The notes below the pieces were generated by a model, which worked only from the letters and a program-made list of their open reading frames with translations, was not told where the DNA came from and searched no databases. A stretch of 64,000 nucleotides of DNA from Chrysomallon squamiferum (taxonomy: Eukaryota > Animalia > Mollusca). Every line of letters begins with the position of its first letter. Position 1 is the stretch's first letter. The stretch is taken from positions 18,538,001 through 18,602,000 of the forward strand of contig CM022669.1 of assembly GCA_012295275.1 (NCBI GenBank), given 5' to 3'. Positions 50,045 to 64,000 of this stretch are shown piece by piece. A program made the position numbers and the translations under genes.

Positions 50045-50274
50045 TAATAAAGTAAAGAGAAAAAAGAAGCAGAAGAAACATAAGAAGAAAAGCGGGGGAC
50101 AATTTCTCGGTTGCTAGGATGACATTTCGGAAGGTCAGCAGATAACGACAAGAAGGTTTGTTTCTACATCAGATCTTTGTTTGGTCGTTATTTGACAGTA
50201 TTCCACTACAGAAACCAAACTTACACCTCGATTTGCAGAACGAAACATTTTTTTATATATAAAACTGAAGCAGG

Positions 50275-55074
<4,800 letters not shown>

Positions 55075-56098
55075 ACAATCGATGACGTAATCACAATTTA
55101 GATATGTTCTATGACATCATACGTAGAAAACACTATGGATACAGCTGGAGAAATTCTCAGTTTAAACTCAAGTAATAGAAAAACAGTTTTTGTAATGGAA
55201 TAAGACAAAAAGGAAACTGGGACGTTTATTAATTGAATTACGTATATATAATAGACAGGTGAAATTAGAATGACCGAAGTAAATAGCACATTGTAAGTAT
55301 TGTTTCAAAAATACAATAACGTATCCTGGAATCGACAATGAATAGAATCATCATAGTTTACTTATTGAATAAGTAAAATATACTGTATTCATTGTCGTTA
55401 TCCAGCATTTCCTGAAATAATGAGGGAGACTAGAAGCCATATTTGTTGTAGTTATAATGTTTCAAATAAAAAATCATTCATTACTTAGAATAATAATAAA
55501 AAAAACAAAAAAACAAAACAAACAACAACAATGATCGGTTAAATATATCGGGAATACGTTGAGCAGGCCCCATTCTAGACCGCAGTTGCTACCTCTCTTA
55601 TGATTTTGTTGTGTTTGTATGTATATGTATATTTTGTAGGCAGCTATTTTGTTACTTCATTAAATCCAGTAAAAATGCATTCAGAATAATTATATTAGTG
55701 TTTTGTTCTTTACATGCGTGCATGTATATACGTTATTAACATTGTATTATATTTACAGTTCTGTAACATCTACATATTAGATTATGGTATTCGAGTTTGT
55801 TTGTCAAAACATTTGACAGAAAAGTAACTAGTGCTAAGTACTACACCATTACGATAACTGTTATTACTTGTAGAACAACTGCAAAAACTTAATACTACTA
55901 CTCCTGCTGCTTCTGCTATTACTATAAATGCTACTACTGATACGGCCAGTGCTGCTACTACTACTATTACCATTACTACAACTACTACTACTACTACTAT
56001 TAATAATAATAATATAATAATAATAATAACAATAGTAGTAATAATAATAATAATAAAGATAATAATAATACTACTAATGATGATGATGATAATAATAA

Positions 56099-56161
<63 letters not shown>

Positions 56162-56559
56162 GGTGACGAGAGGGTGATGATAAACCAATTCAGATTTAAA
56201 AAAAAAAAATCCCTTGCAAATACAGTTATACACAATAAGTAAAACAATTCTGATTTACTAATATAACGTAAAACACACGTATGACATTAAGGGTCACGTC
56301 GTATCTGAAGACAATGATTACATACCTGACATCAGGTGGAGGAAGACATTTCGGACTGATTCTATGTATTAAATTCCTGTTACCCCGTGAAAGAAAATAT
56401 TCAACACATGCTGAGTCTAATTTATTAACATGTCAGGTTGGAAAAATTCACATGGAAGACGTTGTTTGTTGATCTAAGGGAAAATCAGCGAAAATAAATG
56501 GAGAGAATATGTGTGTGTGTGTGTGTGTATATGTATGTATGTGTGTGTATGTGTGTGTA

Positions 56560-56609
<50 letters not shown>

Positions 56610-57662
56610 TGTACATTAGGTAGTTATTTGGAAAATATCAGACGAAATATGTAGGTTATTTAAAAAAAAATATATATATTATTTTAAACTATATATATAT
56701 TTACATACACATAGACACACATTATGTATTATTGTTTTTAACAAAAGAAGTTGTTCCAAACGTTCGTTGTTTTCCGTAAGCACCGAATATGTGCCAACGG
56801 GTAGTTTATGTGTGAATGTACGTGTGTGCTTGTATGAGAGAAGAAGAAGAAAAAGAAGAAGAAGAAGAAGAAAAAAAAGAAAAAGGAGAAGAAGAACCAG
56901 TGTTGAATACTGTTTGATCCTGGAATAAAATAAATTGATAAAAATCAATGTATGCTGACATTCACACGAAATTTCGATCAACTTGCCAAAAACGCAAAGG
57001 ACATCAAGCCTTCGCTGGAAGGTGTTAAAATTGATCAGTTTATTCATATTAATTTTAATTCACGCTGAAGGAAAAATAAAAAATAACGCGTAAAAATAAT
57101 ATTACAGACAATCAGACAGACGGTACATATACCATTAAAAATAAAAAGTCATCTTTCTGGATTCAAATCAAAACTGAAATTTCAATGTCATACTTTTTAA
57201 ATGACTTGAAAGGAAAGTGAAAATGAAAAATCAGAGAATACTCAGAAAGTATTTATATATATATATATATATATATACTTCTTTTTGAGAAAAGCTCAAC
57301 TATTTAACTATTCAAATCACAGAAAACTACGAAGGACGGGAAATAATTAGACAGTATAAACTGATCCAATACCATTTTTAGTCAGAGAACTAAATTTCAA
57401 GAACGCATGCATATGCTCGTGCACACTCGCTCAAACACGCATCTACATAGATGTGTACATTCATAAATACCAACGTAGTGAACTCTCATACACACATATA
57501 CAAACATGTACCCATCCATCCATCCTTTCATACCTACCTACCTACCTATATACTTACTTATAAATATATATATATCTATATATATGCATACGTATCTAAA
57601 TACGTTAATATATTCATACATGCAGGAAAGATAGATATACAAACAGACATGTATGTGCGTAT

Positions 57663-57667
<5 letters not shown>

Positions 57668-57757
<90 letters not shown>
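57668..57757. repeat. (GA)n microsatellite
   Basis: Direct reading. Confidence 0.95.
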
Positions 57758-57760
<3 letters not shown>

Positions 57761-58849
57761 CAAACTAAATGTCAATAAAGCAAATACAAGGATATTTTTT
57801 TTTAATTTATAAGTTTAAATTTAACCTTTTTGGGCCGAAATCAAAAAGAAAGAAGAAAACAAAGTTCAAAATGGATCAGAAATCAATGTCATAATACATT
57901 TAAACAAGAATTCGCGAAGTATTCCAAAATCACAGGCGAGACATCTCGACTATTTTCATCCTGCTATTTGTCACATAACCGTGACTATCAAACCAAATTA
58001 TGATCTAATAATAACGTCTTCAAAGTCACGTTTTGGAGGAATTTTAATCAATGAAGCCGCACCGAGCAGCAGAAATTCTTCCATTCTAAACATCGCTCGG
58101 TGGATGTTGTTAATCCTCTGTCAACAGGTGGATTGTGTGGAGAAGAGCTAATCCCAAAGCTGATAATAACTATTAGCACGTCTGCGACAAGATGGAGAAG
58201 ATGAGTACGGTATTAAGATTAATGATTTTCGAGATAATTGTAGAGAAATTTTTTTTTTTGAGCTTTTTTTTTCTTTATCTTTGAGAAGGAGTTTGTATTC
58301 GTTTTATTTTCATTCTTTTGAAATTTTTGTTATTTTTTCTTTTTATTTTTCTTCAATTTATTTATTTATTTACTTTTAAATAATATTATTATTATTTTGT
58401 TGTTGTTTTGTTTTATCTTTTGTGCATCTTTTCTGATTTTAATCTTTGTATCTTTCTATTTGTCATTTTCTTTATTGTATCTTTTACGACTTCAGTTTTT
58501 CTAAATTTCTTTCTTAACTAAAAGATTTCTGCAGCACGGACAAACTGTTTTACAGGCCGATGTAGTGTTAAAGATTAAATCTTAGGAAATTATTTTCACT
58601 TTCTGTTTTTCTTAGCAAGCATATGGTGAGAGAAAATTAATTACAAAACATTATAATTATTATATTTATGGACAGATTTTTCATAAGTGTATTATACTGA
58701 TTGTTTTATAATCAAATCTTATTACTTAACATGTCAAAAAGAAGGCAAATTTTATTTTCTGCTATAAAAGAATAACAAGACGAATTATGTGATGGTAATA
58801 TCTTATCACTCAGTGAAATATATTTACAAATGATAAATAAATGTCATGA

Positions 58850-58853
<4 letters not shown>

Positions 58854-58932
<79 letters not shown>
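58854..58932. repeat. (TC)n microsatellite
   Basis: Direct reading. Confidence 0.95.
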
Positions 58933-58935
<3 letters not shown>

Positions 58936-59529
58936 CACTGAGAAATATTTTCTCATACTAGACTACTGTTAACAAGTACTAGCTCATATTTTTTTAACAT
59001 TTGACATTAAAAACACGTCAGTTATGTTGTCATATTCACTGTGCGAGCAGTCTGATGACACGGTCAAAGCAAACACGTCTTGTTTGGTGTTGATCTTGCG
59101 AAGCTTGCCGATTGCAAGTCGAAAGTAAACGAGGACAGGTTCAACTTGGTCCAAGAATGGTCATATGTGGTCAAGATGGGCCGAATATTCAGCATTTTAC
59201 AGAAAATCTGAATGATCGATTTGAACGGAAAGAAAATAATCTCGCTTTTTTAAATTTAAAGATGTTTCTCGGTTTACGGGTACACGGAATTTTCTCTTAG
59301 TTTTTTCTGTCTCTTGAGATTATTCTTTCTGTCCGTTTTTCAATTTATGATACATATTCAGTTATTTAATAATCTATAAATTGCGTTTTCTGCATTAATC
59401 AGTCATTCATTTATCAGAATTTATTTCTAATTTTTAAGAGTTAAGTTATGAAGTTTTGCTCAAAATGAGAGAGAGAAAAACCGAGAAAAATAGAATGAGA
59501 ATCAGAGAGAAAGTGAAAGAGAGACACAC

Positions 59530-59629
<100 letters not shown>

Positions 59630-60609
59630 AATTATTTGTGAGATCTAGCAGTAAATGATCTCTAACAGTGTTTTGTTTTTGTTTTGTTTTGTTTCTGAGT
59701 TTTTCATTTTTTATTAGACAAATATTATGAAATTAAGTATTTACTATTCAGAAACGATTCATTGCAGATAGGAGTATTTATGCACTATCCTGAGAAAAAA
59801 AATTAACGTTTTGTTCGAATTCAGGTTTTGTTTGTTCGAACTAAAAGAGGTCACCATTATTATTGTCAGAGAGAAAAGATTTCAAACTGCTTTCTACTAT
59901 TTGTGAAATGCAGAACTTTCGTAATGTTAATTCTTTAGTTTAATCAGACGATGGCATGAGTTAAGATTGGTCACCATAACGATTTGAAAAATCAATCTAA
60001 GTTATGAGTTAAAAAATAAAATGTTTTGTATTATTATTGACGAAAGAAAAAGAAAAGAATGAAAGGAAGAAATAACAGTGAAAAAGATGTTAATAAATAA
60101 ATAAATAAGACAGAAAGAACAACAATATAAAGAACGAACGAATGAAACTAAACATGAAATATAGAATTCTGCAAAGAAAAAAAAAGGAATGAAGAGAAAA
60201 ATAAACGTTAAAATAAGAAGAAAACAATAAATATGATGACTCAAACAAGTAATAAATTTCAAAATATCGTAAAGTTAGCGAGACAATGATGGTATATAAA
60301 CGACGAGGGGGAAATATTCTTTGGAAAGGTATTTGTGTCATGTCTGTCATAGTGAAACGAGGTAAAATTAGTTCATATCATAGAAGAATTTTGTTTTCAA
60401 ATTTAAAACTCCTAACATTTTGTATCGGGGTATTTCGTTACAAAGCACTAGAAGTTATTTTACAACTTCTAGGAGCTGAAATAGAAGTATATATGTATCG
60501 AGATTAAAAACATTTATCATCAGATGTTAAAGAAAAACAAAACAAAAACAACAAACAGTTATAAAGTCAGTTCAGATACTGTTTTATTCATACCGCAGGT
60601 GTATTTTCT

Positions 60610-60640
<31 letters not shown>

Positions 60641-61807
60641 TCAGAGAGAGGGTATTTGGTTTCAGGTTGCTTTTCTTCCTTCCGATCCATTTTAATACAA
60701 ATTAAACAATCAAATGAAGAATCACACACACAGACACACACACACACAAAAAAAAACACACACACACACACACACAAACACACACACGTGCGTACGTACT
60801 TGGAGAAATTCTGCTTCCAAAACAATTTCTGGACGTCCTTGAAAGATGAAAAACATAAAATGACGGTCTCCTGGGTTTTTTTCATTCTTCATTTGGCACA
60901 CAAAATGCTGCACAGTTGAAACCTCTTAGCTAAGCCAGAAATATTCATTGCAAATGGAGACATCTTTAATCTACAAGGAAACTGGAAGCTTTATTTCAGT
61001 GTGTCTTTGATAAAAACCACGCCAGTTATGCTATGCAGGACGCAAAATCAGCCTCGTTTCCGAATTGCCCAAGAGGAGATCACTCTAAAGCAGTGTATAA
61101 AAGTCTTTCCAAAATACGATGGAATTTCGGATTTTGAAAATGGCAAATAAAAGGTATTCCGAGAAGTGAGAAAACAACTATTCAATTTTGTAAATATTGA
61201 AAACGACCAGAATATTATTATAATCGAACTTAAGACAAATTTGGATGTTCGAAATATTGAAAAGAATTTTCTGTTTCAGGTATCATGGCCGTACAAGACA
61301 AATAAAGGGCCCTTCCGCAGTACAGAAATATCAAAAAATGTCATTTATGGCAGATTTGTCTCTATAATGCTCATTCTCTAATTAAATGTTACCATGGTTC
61401 CCAGTGTTGATGTACTTTTTTGTTTGTATGTTTGTGTCTTTTTGTTGTTTTTTTTTTTTTTTTAATCATTTTAACTGCATCCTATTATACCAACTGCCGC
61501 TGTTGTTACTACTACTACTTCTACTGTTACTTGTCATATTACTGCTAGTACTACCAGTAATACTGCTACTGCGCTGTTGCTGCTATTGATACTACTGTTG
61601 CTACATCTACCACCACCACCATTACCGCTATTTCTGTTACGTTGCTGCTGTTATTTTTACATACTAATTCTGCTTTAAACGGCTATAACTACAAGCGCTA
61701 GGCCTCTAAATAAATAGTTTACAGTTATGAACAAAATAAAATTATTCGCACCAGTAAGTTCATGGAAAAAAATGACTATGATGGTGATGATGAAGATAAT
61801 GATGATG

Positions 61808-61851
<44 letters not shown>

Positions 61852-62138
61852 TATTATTATTATTATTATTATTATGATTATTATTATTATTATTATTATT
61901 ATTCAACCCAAAAAAAAAAAAAAAAAAAAAAACAACCACAAAAAAAATATAAAAAAAATAAAAATAAAAATAAAATACCAAAGCACACAAAGAAAACATC
62001 TTCCATAATATTATCAACAGGAAAATTCTATGAAAGGAACACTGTGTATTTGATTTACTGTAAAGATTTAGTGAATGTTCGAATTCTATGATAAAATAAA
62101 ATCAAGATAAATAAATATCGAACCTTGACCCTAAAATA

Positions 62139-62174
<36 letters not shown>

Positions 62175-62951
62175 GACAACAGTAGGCTCTGAACTGAAGG
62201 AAACTAAAAGTACTAGAGGACTGATAATACCACGGAATGTTTCATGTCTGTGTTGGTAATTCCTTCTTTGATCGCAGACGCATCGCAGTACAGAGAATTA
62301 TTTTCCGGAAACATGAAAGGCCAGTGTTTCTATTTCAAAGAAGAAATATCTCGATCTAGTCTTCAGAATTTCTTCAGGTTATTCTTTTCTATCTAGGAAA
62401 CCATCTATTTATGGATAAAAGTACTGGAGATATTTTCTAAAATATTCTGTGTCTGTTCCTTCATAACTGCTATATATGGCCTATCCGAAGAATATGTATC
62501 TTTATTTTAAAATATTCAAACTGATTATTACAAATTCTGTTCGCGCGCACACACACGTACTCATACGTATATATATATATATATGTGTACGTCTAATTTA
62601 TTTTGCATTATCAATCCAGACATCTGTGGAAACATAAGCAAGCATAAACACGTTAATAAATAAATAAAGACTTGATCCTGTGGACCATAGTTCTTCAGGT
62701 AAATGAAGTCAGCCGCTGATCAAAGACTAATTTTTTCTACAGGTGAATTGACATTAACCAGAATGACGTTTCTTTCAACTCTTTGCTATGGTGAGACCGT
62801 CTCTGAGCTTGTTTAATGGAAATAAAATATTTCTTGATTGACAAATTAACATAAAAAAACTTAACAAACATTTGTCCATGAAATCCATACCCTATTCAGA
62901 CAAAACAAACTTTAGAAACGAAGAGAAGAAATGCTAAAATTTTGTGTTCTG

Positions 62952-62983
<32 letters not shown>

Positions 62984-63588
62984 ATTATCTGGAAAACAAA
63001 CAAACCATTTTAGGAGTTTCAATGTCATTAGTTTGTCGAATAATAAAAAAAATAATAATAATAAAAGGAAGAAAAAAGAAGACGAAAAGAAAATAGAAAG
63101 AAAAATCAAAGGGAAGACAAGAAAAAATCTAGTTGTAGTTTGTAGAATCTGGCAGACGTGCTAAAAATTTGAGTATGATCGTTGTCTGCAACACTATAGG
63201 ATGATCCAGAATGTTTTTGTTGATTGTGAATTTTTTCTTTAAAAACATATCCTCACACAAAACAAACATCAACAAAAAAATCATGTTTCTATTCTGAAAA
63301 TTTCTTTCTTTAACATTTTATTAACTGTTATGGTATTTCTGTATGAAAGAGTTTTTATGGTTTTCATTTTATGGAATTTTGTGTCTTATTTTTAGTGCTA
63401 CATATTCTGTTGTTATTGTCTTTTTTCTTTCCTGACTTCTTTTTGTTTGTTTATTTGTTTAATGAATTATTATTTACTTTGTATTATTTTGACCTATCTG
63501 TCTGTCTATTATATACCTGTTGTCTGTCTGTCTGTTTCTTTGTCTTCTTGTATGTTTTAATTTTTCAAATGACTATTTTTATAATAAT

Positions 63589-63655
<67 letters not shown>

Positions 63656-64000
63656 GGTTGTAGTCATATTTTTTAAATTAAACACTATATTTATTTATTT
63701 GATTATTTTATGTAATAATAATAATAATAATAATACAATTTTCCTATTACAAATTTCAAATATACCTACATACACATATTCATACATATATTCCTACGTG
63801 CACATATGTACATGTGTATGATGCTTAGTCTATATAAGTATTCAGCTTTGTATATACTTTCGTACTATTTCGCAAACAGAAAACACCAATATAATTAAAA
63901 ACAGAAAAACAACAACAAACAAAAAGTAAAATACCTCTTCAATCTCAGTGTACACAAAATAAATAAGACAAAGTAATAAAGATAAAAAAAAAAAAAAAAA

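Noticed and set aside
49400-50110. NF-kB or C/EBP sites in the shared intergenic region
   Set aside because: Only partial matches (TTACGAAAT near 49684, GGGGACAATTT near 50095); not distinguishable from chance.
50255-50264. TATATAAAA upstream of the Delta-like ATG
   Set aside because: Only about 10 nt before the start codon, too close to act as its TATA box.
59050-59090. CTGATGA as a hammerhead ribozyme core
   Set aside because: No following stem and GAAA; other CTGANGA hits inspected also lack the structure.
62743-62790. Possible 48-nt plus-strand exon (ttttctacag|...TATG|GTGAGA)
   Set aside because: Good-looking splice sites but no recognisable peptide or partner exons; plausible by chance.

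Overview
AT-rich, microsatellite-dense animal genomic DNA, probably a mollusc (inferred from a degraded MetaSINE-like fragment and the gene content). Almost all ORFs in the supplied track are simple-repeat artefacts. Three spliced genes can be assembled by hand with GT-AG sites and consistent phases. (1) A minus-strand RCC1-repeat beta-propeller gene: five coding exons between 34812 and 12254 with very large introns, 3' end off the left edge, probable promoter near 46.6-47.2 kb. (2) A compact minus-strand gene (CDS 49071-47693, 150 aa, TATA+Inr promoter) encoding signal peptide / cationic Trp-rich 4-Cys peptide / KRKR site / strongly acidic two-EF-hand propiece, a candidate new defence-peptide precursor. 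(3) Head-to-head with it, a plus-strand six-exon gene (50275-55074, 442 aa) encoding a Delta/Serrate-like N-terminal C2 (MNNL) domain, a truncated DSL motif, no EGF repeats, a mucin-like Ser/Thr stalk, one TM helix and a short tail, a candidate decoy Notch ligand. Other notable structure: a 21-bp minisatellite built from copies of the RCC1 gene's own splice donor, a sharp CpG boundary near 46.4 kb, CpG-retaining enhancer-like islands with a strong CTCF-like motif inside RCC1 introns, and several perfect palindromes. All calls are from manual reading; no searches were run.
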